From contig NC_087436.1 of NCBI RefSeq assembly GCF_036321535.1, positions 109,432,001 to 109,496,000 of the forward strand: a stretch of DNA of 64,000 bases, read 5' to 3'. The notes beneath the pieces are model-generated. The model worked only from the letters and a program-made list of their open reading frames with translations, was not told where the DNA came from and did no database searches. The position numbers and the translations under genes were made by a program. Of the stretch, positions 50,755-64,000 are shown piece by piece (position 1 is the first letter of the stretch; every line of letters starts with the position of its first letter). Source of the DNA: Camelus dromedarius (taxonomy: Eukaryota).

Positions 50755-50889
50755 TGAGGTAGGGTCAGTGGTAAAGTGTCTTTTTAGCATGCATGATGTC
50801 CTGGGTTCAATCCCCAGTACCTCCATTAAGAAATAAATAAATAAGTCTAATTACCTCCTTCTAAAAATATATGTATTTAAAATTTTTTT
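50755..50889 (+). mobile_element. tRNA-derived SINE of the camelid Vic-1 type
   Basis: tcagtggtaaagtg...agcatgcatgatgtcctgggttcaatccccagtacctccattaagaaataaataaataagtctaattacctcc; B box ggttcaatcc; possible TSD at 50742-50754 and 50890-50902. Confidence 0.85.
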
Positions 50890-51264
50890 AAATTTTTCTA
50901 AGAAAAATATGATATTTGAAAGGGACACTGGGACTTGGCTAGAAGTAGTAGTTTGCTTTAAAATCATCAAAGTGTCTGTGACATTTATTTCTTGACTAGT
51001 TGACAAGTCAAAAGGTAACAGAGATGTAGTAAAGCCTCTTATAATGATACTGGTTTCCAGATTTTTCCACTATTTCTAACAACTTTTTGATATCTACAGT
51101 AAAATTGTTGCTGATTTTTTTTTATTGCATGACAATGCTTAGAACTGTTTGAAATCAGTATTGCCATCCCTACTACATTACTGTTTGACTTTGGTGAATA
51201 TTTGTTTATTTTTATACTTTTCTATAAAGTTTAGATACATCTCAAGCAGTGATTTAATTGACAT

Positions 51265-51400
51265 CTTAGTTTCCTCATTTGTAAAATGGGAACAAAAGTA
51301 GTGCTGATAAGTGGTCTGTGAAGACGAAATACACCACTACCTGTAAAGTATTGTAAGCTATTCACAACAGCCTTGGCAGTCAATTAATGCTTGTCATTAT
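51265..51400 (+). mobile_element. MIR fragment
   Basis: cttagtttcctcatttgtaaaatggga. Confidence 0.65.
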
Positions 51401-51419
51401 TACCTCAAATGTAGGGATT

Positions 51420-53470
51420 TGCTCATTTTTAAAATATTTCACCTTGATAAGTTTCCTTGAGGGTCCTCGTCCTTTAATAAAACACTAGAATCCTTTTCCT
51501 TTATTATTAGAATTGATTTAGTTAGCTTCTCGTCTTTAATTTCATTTTATTTAATGCTTTAAAATTACTCTCTCCATTTTCTTTCTTCAACTCTGTTTAT
51601 TTGCAATATTTTTTTGTAGAAATCTGGAAAAAATACATCCCATTTTAAAGATTTGGTTAAACTAGTCCTTATTTTTAAGTAATTAAAAAAATGGTTTAAA
51701 ACTTTATTTCTATCGCTATCAAAGAGAAAAAAAAATTCTGCCTTCTCTATGAAACAGAATTTAGCACAGTTCGTCCACTTTACTGCCTTCTGTCATCCAG
51801 TTATGTTAGTAAGTGAATGTAGGTATCAATTGTTGCTATCACTGATGCTGTTTATATAGTCTCTAAATAATCTTTGATGTCTGCTTTCCGTTCATTAAAA
51901 ATATTTACCATAGTAATTCAATATTGTCCCTTACCGATTTCTGTGCTCACTGCCATCTGTTTTACAAAATACTTTCCTCTTATTGAACCCTCGATTTTCA
52001 CTCATTTCAATGTTAGCTAGAGAATGTCTTCGGCTCTTTTCCCCTGGGTAGCCATGTGGGTGGTTTCTGTTCCTGAGACTTCGCATTATTTTAGAATTCC
52101 TTTCTTTTGGCTTTATCCACCAATGAAAACTTGCAGGGTATAAAAATTTATGGAGCGCAAACTTTTCTCTCATCCCAGTCTTGTGACTGTTTCCTTGGCA
52201 GATTCTGGTATTGGACGTTACAGGAAAGTCTGAGGACGGCTCAGTTTTGTCCCTTTTTATACATCTTTCTGCTGTTTTCTTTTTTGCATGTCTGAACGTA
52301 GGATTTATTTTCTCTATTGTTATACTTAGCATTTCTCCACATGAAATCTCTAGATTTTTTTTATTTTTAGGTCTTGCCTCAAATACTCTGATCTCCCTTT
52401 ATCTGCCATCTTTGGACACATTTTATGTGCTAAAAATTTCTCTAAAAATTTCTCTTCAAATATAAAATTGCTTCATCCTCGGCCCGGTTGTCCTGGTCGC
52501 CTCTGTGGGGCTGTTTCTCAGCTGTGGGTGGTTTTTCTTTTTCTTTTCTCCATGTGTCAACGTGTCTTCTGTGATTTTGCCCTCACAATGCCCCTTTCCG
52601 CACTTCCCCAAACCCCTGACCCCGGCATGTAAACCATGGATTCAATTTTCTAGTGTCTATTTTTACCACTAAGCTTTTCTAGGTAGATTTTTATTTTGAT
52701 ATTTTAGTTTCTGAACTTTACGTTATCATCTTTCTCCCTGATTATATCTACAGCCCCGTGACTTTTGCTCTTTTCATACAGACCATGGATTCTCGGCTCT
52801 CACTGATGATGATGTAATAGGCTTTTTATTGCTTGACTGTACATGATTCTTTTTCTTGTTTAGGGAGTGCTGTAGAACCATTCTTTTGAACTGGTTCCTC
52901 ACATCTCGCCTTTTCCACTCCATCAATGTGGTCCAAAAGGCAGCTTTCATCTTCAAGTTTACACCTCCCTTGTCTGTGACCTTCAGCCATCTCTCTCTGG
53001 CTCCAACCTTCCACACTATACTGACTTCCAGAAGTCCTTGCTCCTGATGGATTATCACCCTGCCCATCACTCTGACGGGGAAAGAGCCTCCTGTTTTTTA
53101 CTTTACGCTTCTTATTAGCAGCTCAAACACTAAGCCTGTCTGCCTCCTCTCCCCCACCCAGAATTTGGGTGAATTATCTTCTTGTAAGACTACAGACCTC
53201 TTTATGAATAAGCGAGCTGTGAGCCAGTGAATGGATGGATAATAAAGTTTATTTGTACTTTCTTTCTTGTAGACAGGGCGACTCTGGCTTATAAAGGTGC
53301 TTCAGAAGCCAACCTGTCATAGCTTTTCTTAACTTGGGGCCATCAGTCTTCAGTTTTGTGAAAATACTGCTCAGATTCTGAGGTTAGGTTGTCAGTCGAA
53401 ATGAGTTTAGGGTACTTTTGTGACTGTTTCTGTTTGTGCACATCCAAACGTTCAGGTTATCTGCAGACTT
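51420..53470 (-). mobile_element. Highly decayed old L1 (L1ME-like ORF1/5' region)
   Basis: Long T-rich antisense pattern, e.g. ttgcagggtataaaaatttatgg and aaaatttctcttcaaatataaaattgcttc. Confidence 0.5.
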
Positions 53471-55258
53471 TGCAGTCGGAAGTTGGAAAGGCTGCAATGG
53501 GGCCTTCTAGCCAAAGTCCACTTTTCGAGAGAAGCCAGTTCTGTTGGGGATGGTGGCGGTGGAGGTAGTGGTAGAGTGGGAGGGTTTCATGGACATAGTG
53601 GTATTTTAATATAAGGGACGTGAGTAACGTCTAAAATTGAGAGTCCGAGGAGCAGGAAAGGCATTTCAGACATGCGTGACTATCTGAGTGCTGGTTAAGT
53701 ATGTGAAAAAACAGGGAGGAAGGAAAATCCCAAGAGATACTCAGAGATATTTGAGGTTTTATAAATCGATGTAATCACAATTATATCGTAAGCTAAAACG
53801 CACTAAAACAAGATTGGGTCTGAAATGTTTAAACTTGCAAAGATCTTCTATTTAGATGTGCGTGTATAAGGACTAAACGAAGCAGCTTCAAACTTATCTG
53901 TATTCAGCGTCCTGCAGCACAATTTGTGGTTTGCTTACCCTCTGAAATAAGGAAAAATGCTCCTCTGTTTATGTGGTTTGGTCAACGGAATCTTTGTAAT
54001 TAGATGCCTAAGCGATGCCCATAGCGATTTGAAGAAGCTCTGATGATTTTATTGGAGAATTTGACTTTTAAAAAGGCAGCAGCCCTCTTTCAGTTTTTCA
54101 TATTCTCCGTTCCTGTTACATTATTTTATTGCCATTTGATTCTTGTCGCTTGTAAATGGTTACTTTATTTAAAACTGTGTGCTTAATGTGTTCAGTAGTA
54201 CCAAAATGTTCACTCATTAAAACCAGTGACATTGTCATATTGCTTTCATCGCAATGGTTGCTAAGGAAATCATCAGCTTAAGCAATACCAACTGTATTTC
54301 AATAGACAGATTAATCTTTTCTTGAAAGCCTCATCTAATCTCCCTTGTTCAACAGGAAGTTTTCTGCCTTGTAGGCATTTGCGATCTTTTGGCAGTAAAG
54401 AAGAAATATGATCTTTGTAAGGAGAACTTGAAATGATTTTTTTAGAGTAGGGACGCATAAATGTTCTAAAAATAAGAGTGACTTTACTTGAATGCAAGTT
54501 TCAAAGGGAATGGATTTATAAAGTATTTATTTCTGCTAGGAATACCATTTGGCAGAAAATAGCCCTTTCTTATAGCTGGCAGAGATAGGACTGTGAGGAA
54601 ATCATGACAAAACATTAATTTCTTAAAAATAATGTTTGTATTTTTTCAGACTTCTGCCCTTGAACAGAACCCGTGTATCCAGGTTTTCCTGTCTATGAAA
54701 TGTGTTCATTCTTTCTACCTTATTTGGAAGATCATTAGGGACATTAACGATGGGTTTTCATGGATAAATTCCATGTAACTTCTTTTAACAAGAGTGTATG
54801 AGTGTTTCACTCTTCAATGAAGTGCAAACTGAAGTAGCTCAAATACTTACGCTGTCAGCTGTCCCCTCTCACTAGACAAGGAGGTTCAGCGGAAAGTTTT
54901 TTGGGTGTGTCTTCCAGTTGGCAACAGTTTCCTGAGGACGATCTCAAAAGGAGCCATTCTGTTCCTAATTACTCTATGCAATGCTGTCTGTCTGCACTTA
55001 CTGTTTCTCAGGAATCCACAGCCAAAGAAATATACTTGAAGTCATGGCTCAGTGCGCATGGGACATTCCCGGCCGTGCCACACACCCCTAAGGGGCAGAT
55101 GCTTGCATATCCTGCAGCGACCTCTCCCGATCTCACAATTTCCTGGGAGCAAGCATCGGTACCATCCCAATAGAATAACTACATTTTAGACTTTGATGTA
55201 GGGTCTTGTGCATTTCATGTGAAGTAAAGCTTGAGGGAGCCACTCGAGGTGGACTATG

Positions 55259-55322
55259 ATATAAAGAGATGCCTCATAGTCATGTTAAAAATATAAAGAG
55301 ATGCCTCATAGTCGTGTTAAAA
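55259..55322. repeat. 32-bp tandem duplication
   Basis: atataaagagatgcctcatagtc(a/g)tgttaaaa twice, one mismatch. Confidence 0.95.
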
Positions 55323-56194
55323 GATGGAAAATATTGTCTCTTTGGAAGTTGAAAGTTTGAGCTCCAGTGTAGACACTGAAAAAACACAGGTGAACATGAA
55401 AACTGTGTTTCTTACACCCATGGAAGCTTCCATGTAAGTAAGAAGGCTGACTATAGATGCATGATGTCAAGTGTTTGTGTAAGGTTGGATCAAGAGTTTA
55501 TAGGTAGATGCTGAAGCTAATACAATTTTGCACTGTTTATTACAAAAAAAATGCAAAGTTAAGTATGAAAATGAATGGTTATTTTGAAAAAGAAAAAAGT
55601 ACAAGTTGGAAATGTAAAAAAAAAAAAAACCGAACAAATACCACAAATATAATAAGTCTAGAAAATAGCACAGTACATTTAGTAAATAACAACTTACTGC
55701 TAACCGTCTTCTCATTTTTGTTCATTTCTTTGTTGTATGCTCTCTAGTTCCTTCTTTATGTGACAATGCTTTTGGAAAATTATTGTAAAGAAAATTGATG
55801 GACAATTGAGATTCCCTTTAGTGTGGTTAGCAAAACGGTGCTTTTGTCTATTGTGTTGAGAGGCATGAAATACATGAGTCCACACTCAGAACATCAAATT
55901 GTTTACATTACTATGACTAGGAAATGCGGTTTTTGATAAATTGTGTTTTGCAAGATTTTTGTCACCTGAAGTCTACCTCTCAGAATAAGAGATCACCCCA
56001 GGTGCGGGGAGCACTACACATTCTGTGTCAGGGGAGGTAGCCACGTCTTTTGGCGTGAAGAAAGTCTGAGTCTGATTCTGGGAATTTGAATTAGGAAGAA
56101 AGAAAGCTCAAGAGGAAATTGGGGAAAAGACAACAAACATGAGAAGAGAAATGCAGAAGGAGGAACGGTGGGGAAGCAAAAGGGAACCCTATCT

Positions 56195-56385
56195 TTAGGC
56201 TGTACTAAGCATTTAATACAGACATCTCATAAAATTATCAGACCTTGAGATAAATTCCATTTTCCTGATTTTATAGATTAGAAGACTGAGGCTCAGAGAT
56301 TTTAACTAACTTAGCATTCTCACTTAGTGAGCGTTGGGGCCAGAATGTCTGCTTGATTCAAAATGTTCATTCAGTCAACATTGTT
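56195..56385 (-). mobile_element. MIR
   Basis: cctgattttatagattagaagactgaggctcagagatttaactaactt. Confidence 0.75.
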
Positions 56386-58219
56386 ACCATGTGTTGTGTA
56401 TGCCAAACCTAAGGACAGGGGCGATAAGAATTAGTAAAATATTGCTGGGCTTTCAAGTCAATTACTATTTCCCACGGACAGTACCTAAATCATGAGTAAT
56501 TTCTTTCCAGGTATAGAAAGAAGAAAATCAATTATCAGCCATGAAATATGCATGAGCAAAGACAAACATCGTCTCCGATTGGGAGAAGGACCCGCTGAAG
56601 CAGTTGTTCCAACACTGAGGGGTGGTGCTGTGGTTGGTGTTATTAACCCATGCTGCCCACAGTCTCGTGAGCAAAGGAGGGTACAATCTGTCATGCTATG
56701 GGTTTTAGCTTTCTTGCCTTTCTTTTTACTATTTTCCTCTTTGGAGGAGTGTCCCTACACTGTGAGAACGGAAACATAAACCACAAAACTCTATTCTGGT
56801 GCTTAAGGATTTCCACAGTGTGCTCATTAAGTCAGGTGGGGCAGAGACTATGGATGCAGGGGGCGGTTAATTCAAATTAATTGCTGTCACTTCTCAGTGT
56901 GTAGATACTGGTGTAGTTCCATAAAAGGCACAAAGCACTTAGCAGCATGTCATGATCTCAGTGCGTGCTTTCAACTAATTTAATTATGGTGATGAAGATG
57001 AAAATGAGTGCGGCAATAATGCACATTTAACAACATTTGCTCCATTATTACAGCCCTCGATTGTCTGAAACGTGAGCACAGTATTAGCTGCCATTTTGAT
57101 TTGCACTCTCGGGCAAGTAAAATAGTAGCATGTCAACCAGGATGAGATATATAGAATGTGTTAAACCAATCTTGTCATTTAATATCTGATGAATTACGAG
57201 CGATCACCCTTCCTGAAATATGTCAGTTTCTTCTGGTAGCGCGTTAGGTATTGTAGTTACAGCCCGTCCAAATTGCTGTCTAAATGTATGCTCAATTTAA
57301 CAACTGTCTGTTAAAGTTATCAACACATTCCAACATCCATTATACAAAAGAACCCCTTCATGCATTAAGGCAGAGTGATTATCAAAATGGTGCAGGAAAG
57401 GGAAATACCCTTTGGTGCACCTTATAAAACTGCACATGCGATAGTTTGGAAAGCAGGCATTTTTATAGCATGGGAATATATAGTATAAATTTGATGTGGC
57501 AGTAAAATTTGTTTTTTAAAAAAGGGAGAGAGCGAGAGCAAAGAAATAAAAATCTTTCCATATTGCACACATGCTAACCCCTACTCTCTGAAACCATAAA
57601 AAGCATAAAACGCCCAGCAGGTGTTTTAAAACTTAAATTAAATTAATTGCCAATGCATTATTATTAATTTCAGAAATGCTGAAAAGGGAAAATAAAAAGT
57701 ATGTGTTGACATAATGGTGCATGGGCTATTTAAAAACAAATATAAAACACAAATAGGTTCAATTGGATGTATTTTGTTCACAAAATAGCAATTAATAGCA
57801 TACTTAAGTGACTGGAATATTGGACTCTTAGGTCTTGGATTATTTAGGAAGGTTAGATGGGGTGCGGATGGAGGCTAATGAAGGAGGAGAACCAGCTACA
57901 TTAAATATTGCAAGAAAAAAAGGAGAGGTAGCATGTTGGACTGAGAACGTAAATAAAATTCTCTATCTGCTATGCTTTATAGATACTATACAGAATATGG
58001 TAAACATATAAAATTAGAAAATATACTATACCTTTTAATTTATGCAGCTCTTTTGAATAAAATTAGACACAACTCGATACACATCAATACGCTGGTGCTG
58101 TGCTAGATGTGATGGGAAATGAATATGATTATTTCTAACCCTTCTTTTAAACATGTAGGTGTAATGACTGCATTTTCCCACTGTCCCTAATGATGTGAAT
58201 ATTTATAGAAAGCTATATA

Positions 58220-58450
58220 CAAGGGGGTTAAGACCTTGGACTTGGAAATCACACAAACTTGGGTTTGAATCCTGGTTCTGCTTCTTGCTCATTATATAAT
58301 ATTGGACAATTTATTTAAACTATCTATGCTTCAGTTGTCCTTTTCATAAAATAAAAATAAGAGAATCTAGTTCATAGGATGATGAGTATTAAATAGGATT
58401 TAGCTTCAGCCCAGTGTCCAGTGCTTAGGAAGTTCTCAATAAATGAAGTG
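58220..58450 (+). mobile_element. MIR
   Basis: cttgggtttgaatcctggttctgc...ctatctatgcttcagttgtcc...ttctcaataaatg. Confidence 0.8.
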
Positions 58451-58699
58451 ATTTGCTTACTTGTTTGTCTGCCTGCCTAGATTGTGAGTCCCTTGAGAAC
58501 TGTTGAAGAAAATATTCTTATTTATCCTATAATCTTACATATCTGCACCAGCGTTTGGCAACCATTGTGTATCTTACAGTTATCTGTAGAACAGACAGCC
58601 ATCAATTCATACACTTAGCAAGACTGCTCTTCTTATTTGTAGTGTGTGAATTTTCGTCACAGATTTATATTGAAATATTGAAAAAAAATATATGGCTAG

Positions 58700-58900
58700 C
58701 TTCTCCAGCACCTAGTCAGGGATGAGACAAAAAGAAACCCATGTACTTGCTACTGTGTGCTTGAATCCCAAGTTCCCTAACTATTCTGTTTTTTCTCTCC
58801 ACTTCTCAGAGTATTATTATATTTGCTTTATATATAATGTTCAGGATTTTAGCTGTACTTCACGGGAGGAATAGGGAAAAGTACTTCTATTTCATTTCTC
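58700..58900 (-). mobile_element. L1MC-type 3' end fragment
   Basis: ttcaggattttagctgtacttcacgggaggaatagggaaaagtacttctatttcat. Confidence 0.6.
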
Positions 58901-59469
58901 TGGTTGTGCAATCATCTTGTATAATCAGATTTTAACCAATGGTGTTTAGCAGCAGTATCAGTGGCTTTGGAGTTAGCTAGACCTGGATTCAAATTCTGTC
59001 TCTGTTTTTTAATAGCCAGTGACCTCTGAGTCATTCCCCTTATGTGATGTTTACTATTCTCAGTGGGAAATTTCTGGGAATAAAATATGCCAATGGATGA
59101 GCCTCAAATAAGGTGTATGGAATGGTATAGTCCTTTGGGAGCAAAATACTTTTATGCTGATGGTCAAATATCAAAAAAAAAAAAAAAATCAGAAAAACTT
59201 ACCAACCAAATAAAGCTAAGTCTATTAAACCCACTTCTGAAAGGGAGAGCATCACTTGGCCATGAAGAGCCATTGGTGGAAGGATCCAGGGCCTCAGAGG
59301 AATGGGTTTTCTGAGGGCAGAATGTTGACCCATGACGGCAATGGTGTCTCAGTTGGGTTTGGGTGGGCACTCTAAGGTTGTCAAGAGCTGACTCCTCCAC
59401 AAGTCTACCGGAATGACTTGTTGACTAAGCAAAGCTAGAATTGTTAAATTACTGGGTGAATGCTACAAC

Positions 59470-59691
59470 CAAAGAAGAGAGAAAATTTGTCCTTCCTCCA
59501 CCTTCTTATTTTATTTGGGCTCTCAATGGATTGGATGATGTCTACCCACATTGGTGAAGGCAATCTTTACTCAGATCTACTGATTCAAGTGCTAGTCTTC
59601 TTTGGAAATTCAAAGGCATACCCAGAAATAATGCTTTATGATCAGGGCATTCCTTAGCCCAGTCAAGCTGACATATAGAATTAACCATCAT
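59470..59691 (-). mobile_element. MLT2 LTR fragment
   Basis: gggctctcaatggattggatgatgtctacccacattgg...cccagtcaagctgacatatagaattaaccatca. Confidence 0.85.
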
Positions 59692-60399
59692 AGGACTGAC
59701 TGCAGCTGGGCAAAGCTCATGAGATAATAGGATAGGATTGGTGAGGAAATATTGATGAGATTCTGTTGTTTGGTGAACAAACTCTTTACCCAGATAAATA
59801 TTCTATTTTATTGATAGAAGAAATAATTATCTACGTGAGAAAACTCTATGCAGATAATTTTAATAGGAATTGCTGGAAACACATAGTGAAGTTATTTTTT
59901 GGTTTACAGTCTTATCTTCCTGGAGAAGAATTTCACAGAAGAAATAAATTGAGTCATGTTGACACACATGGTCTCAATTCTTTATTCTGGTTGCTAAGTC
60001 ATACGGATATACATGAGCTGAATTTTAAAGTGGTTTAAAATATAAAAAATATAAAGGTATACTAAAGGTAGAAAGGAAAAATTATAAGAAATAAACCCAC
60101 TTATCAGAATACCAGATTTTTCTGTGCACATTCAAAAGCCCAATACAAACACCTTCTCCTCTACTAAACCTTCCTGGATTCTCTAAATTGAAATACAGTG
60201 TTCTGATCCTCATCATCTTAACAATTTTTTTTGTTTCTATTATAACAGATGTATATTTTAGTAGGTTTTAATTTCTGTTTTCAAAGAAATAAATGTCTGA
60301 ATTTAAGTTATCAATACTGAAACCACTTTAAAAAATAGAATTACAGTTTCATACCAGGTTATTTTTAACAAGCATTTGCAAACTAAGCATAACTTCCAT

Positions 60400-60475
60400 C
60401 TTCTTTCCTTCCTTCCTTCCTTCCTCCCTCCCTTCCTCCCTTCCTTTCTTCTTTCCTTCCATGCTTCCTTTCTCT
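60400..60475. repeat. (TTCC)n-like pyrimidine tract
   Basis: Seen directly; adjacent to the L1 tail. Confidence 0.85.
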
Positions 60476-60479
60476 CCCC

Positions 60480-61140
60480 CTTTCTTTTTTTACATTGTTT
60501 TTTTAAGAGCAATTTTAGGTTCATACAAAATTGAGAGGAAAGCACAGAGATTCGCCACGTACTTCCTGCCCCCACACATGCACAGCCTCCCCCATTATCA
60601 ACATCCCTCACCAGAGCGGTACATTTGTTACAACGGATGAACCTACACTGACACATTATAATTATACAATGTCCATAGTTTAAATTAAGGTTCACTCTTG
60701 GTGTTGTACCTTCTATGTGTTTGAACAAATATATAATGACATATATGCATCGCTGTGGTATCGTAAAGAGAATTCTCATTCTTTTCCGAATCTTTGCTCT
60801 GCTTATTCACCACTGGCCCCTTTTCCCTAGCCATTGGCTAATCTTTTTACTGTCTCTACGGTTTTTCCTTTTCAGTACGTCATGTAGTTGGCATAATATA
60901 GTCTGTGGCCTTTTCTGATTGACTTCTTTCACTTAGTAATATGCATTTAAGGCTCTCCCAAATCTTTTCACACATGACTTGATAGCTCATTTATTTTTAA
61001 TGCTGAATAATACTCCATTGTGGGGATGTTCCATAGCTTACTTATCCATTTACCTACTGAAGGACATCTTGATTGCTTCTAAATTTTGGCAATTATGAAT
61101 AAAGCCACAATAATCATTCCTGTGTAGATTTTTGTGTAGC
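60480..61140 (-). mobile_element. L1MC1/2-like 3' end
   Basis: ttttaagagcaattttaggttcatacaaaattgagagg...cagagcggtacatttgttacaacggatgaacctacactgac. Confidence 0.9.
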
Positions 61141-63058
61141 TGTATTTTTTTTAATCAGCTATTTAAATTAAATGCCATAAAATGCTGTTATGACAACCTC
61201 ACTCCCACAGCCTAGTACAGGACCTAGCAATGAGTAAGGACATGTTAAGTTCATGGTTTGCATTGATGAAGTTCTTAATAAGATTTGGCATCTTTATGTC
61301 ATAGTTTGTACCCAAACTATTGTATGTAGATCTCTTCCCTTGAGTATGAACTTCCAGAAGGAAGGTTGATTTTTCTCCATCCAACTGCTCTTCCATTCCT
61401 ATCAGCCACATACCCCTCCTACCTCATGTCTAAAGACAGAAAATACATCGTGTTGAGGGACTAGAAAAGAGGAATAATTGTAATGTTTATCAAGTTTGTT
61501 TGAAATTTTATATTCCATATGACTCACTAAGTAGTTAAAGGAAAATGAGACGTTTTATGTTTTTAATTCATGAATCATTGTTCTAAAGCTTATATCTTAT
61601 AATACAATACATAGAATATTTTTAGTTTGCTTCAAGGTGATTTTATTTCAGATACTGAGTTACTGAAATATGGTTTCTATAGAAACTGGGTAAGTATACT
61701 GACCCTTAATGATAGCTTTGAAAATATTTATTGGCTTGCAAAAATTTCCACTATCTTTTCTAACTACTTTATGGCAGTGAATTTCTGTATCCTAAATTAA
61801 ATGTAATGTAATGCTAATACTGCAGGGCAGATTTAAGGACAAATATTCCCTTTTACTCAAAGAATAGGTGTCATTTCTTATGATAGTGGTGAGATCTGCA
61901 AAAATGTCTTTGGATTAGTTAGTAATTGCTTATGAATTCTTTATTTTAAATCCAAAATTTGAGGTCAGTATTAATGCTTAGTTCAGAATTCTGGGATTTG
62001 TGATATTGTTCTGAGGATATTTAGAGACTGTGTCTAGAAAATTGAATTTGGGAACCTGTTTATTCTTTTATGAGTTTCATGCCTAACCATTTTACACATC
62101 CCACATGCTTTTATTCCCCCCCCCCCTTTTGTCTGCCTGATTTGATTTAATGCCAGATGCTAATTGACATTAAGTTTGTTTGGGGGGAAAGTCAATGTCC
62201 ATAAAGAATCAGGAGTTTAATATCACACAATAGCATTTTTACTTACTGTAATAAATATGAACATTTCCTAGCAAATATTTAAACCTCCTATTGTGTGGTT
62301 GATTTGATTTTAAAAAAATCATGAGAACTTGCAACTCCTCCCATCAAAAGTTGGAAACTATTTTTCCATCTTTTGAATCTGGGTTGGTTCATGTGACTTA
62401 CTTTAGCTAATATGACATTGACATTACCAAATGTGGATATGGTTTTTGTGAAATCATAGGAAACCTACAGAATTTTAAAGAAAGTAGTTAACAATCTGCT
62501 TGTACTAAAAGTGGAAGAATTAATTCAAATTAGAAAATGTTTCTTGGTCCTCAACTTGCCAGAGATAAAAAGCAGGTTGAGCAAAATACTTGGGTATTTC
62601 TTTTCTAAAAAGCAGAATGACTCTGAGGGCAGAACTGAAAACTGTGGAGAAAAGTAGAGCTGAGAATTCGTTTCAGGGAGCCTGTTCTATTCAAGAAACA
62701 CTTTGTCTCCAAGAAACAGAGTAATGTGACTAGATGGCACATCCCACAGATAAATTTCACAACTGTTATGGACCAGTGTTTTCTATTTCTTCTTTTTTTT
62801 GAAATAGGCTTACCTAATGTGGCTGTTCTGTTCATGTGCAGAATAAGGGCGAGTGACTTATCTTTTTAATTTACATGCCACCGAATCAATAGGAGATGAA
62901 TCTTAGGAACTATATCCATTTTAGACCAGATCCAGATTATTAAATACTAGATTTTAAGCCTGATGCTGAAATTTGTCAAGACATTTTTGGAGTCTTTGGG
63001 GAGGATGTGTTACTTTGCAGATGGGAAGAATGCAAATAGCTGTGGTCGTAGACTGAAC

Positions 63059-63551
63059 TGTGGCAACTGAAAAATAAAAAGGCCATAATATTTCTCAGCT
63101 CCTCTTATCAAGAGATGGAATCTATTTTTCCACTCTTTGTGATTTACATAAGCCAATGGGAATATTGGCAAGTCTTATGTAAACAGAGGCTTAAAATTGT
63201 CTGTGCACTGGGGCTTTCTTTGCTTTGATAAAAAAGGAAAGTCTGTGGTCAGTCTGCAGGAGGATGACAGACATGTGGTCCAGTCATCCCTTATTTCTCC
63301 AGGAAAAAAATCTGAGCCTGTGAGTAAGGGCCTCTGAGATCAGCAAGAAAAATTTCACAACTGTTGAAACTTACTTGCCAGTTGAGAACTGACAACAAAT
63401 GAATAACCGAGTCTAATTGGCAACAGAGATGAGATGTCCCCCTTGAGCCCTGACCAGACTGTTGACCCACAGCATCTTCAGCACATAAATAGCTGTTGTT
63501 TTAAGGCATAAATGTTTTAGACTATTTTTATGTGGGAACAGATAGCTGATA
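63059..63551 (+). mobile_element. MLT1F/G-type MaLR LTR (further MLT1 pieces at about 62290-62430 and 62890-63050)
   Basis: ctcctcttatcaagagatggaatctatttttccact...ccctgaccagactgttgacccacag...tgttgttttaaggc...cagatagctgata. Confidence 0.75.
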
Positions 63552-64000
63552 AATTGATAAATGAAAGCCCACTTACAGAACAAATGTTTATCACGTATCT
63601 ATCATATGCTGTTTTCTACCTTTGGTATATAAAATTTTTTATACAATAAGATTAAAAAATTTGATGCTAAGAATTTAACTTATAAAATTATAAGGCTTAA
63701 CTTATAAGTAAGTGATTTATATATTTTAGTGTACTGAATGTCTAGCTGCTTGCATAATATTCCTATTTTCTTTTTCTGGTAAGAATATACTAATTTTCAC
63801 TTGGAAAGAACCTAGTTGCCCAGTGTCATTCCACATGTTTTGTTAGAGCTGATTTTACCCTCTTCTTCAAAATAGAAATATCACCAAATCAGATTGTGTT
63901 ACCCATGCTCAGAATACGATTCAGGAATAAATGCATGACCTTATTTTCATTAATTCAAATTCAAACTATTTTCTGTGAGCCTCAGTTCTGGGACTTTTGT

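Noticed and set aside
50755..50825. tRNA gene
   Set aside because: Degenerate cloverleaf with a SINE tail and probable TSD.
60303..60779. 158-aa ORF with a basic repeat
   Set aside because: Read-through of the L1MC 3'UTR and the (GGAA)n microsatellite.
1..64000. CRISPR arrays, operons or other prokaryotic systems
   Set aside because: The sequence is mammalian repeat-rich DNA; I saw no repeat-spacer array or dense ORF packing.

Overview
AT-rich, CpG-depleted mammalian non-coding DNA, most likely camelid (tRNA-derived Vic-1-type SINE at about 50.8 kb). I found no supportable host exon; the ORF track is mostly repeat-derived or random. The window holds L1, L2, MIR, HAL1, MaLR/ERVL/ERV1 solo LTRs, hAT MITEs and microsatellites, plus several repeat-free blocks that may be conserved enhancers. 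The main find is a heavily decayed minus-strand Ty3/Gypsy (Metaviridae) element at about 45.0-50.5 kb. Reading across frameshifts gives RT-thumb/RNase H, then a DDE integrase with a GPY/F-type C-terminus, then an env-like frame resembling errantivirus Env/baculovirus F: signal peptide, CpG-decayed RRRR furin site, fusion peptide and IEVPL motif. It is split by L2 insertions, and one env piece is now CpG-rich. All repeat names and protein motifs were recognised by eye from remembered consensus sequences and need RepeatMasker/HMM confirmation; boundaries are approximate.
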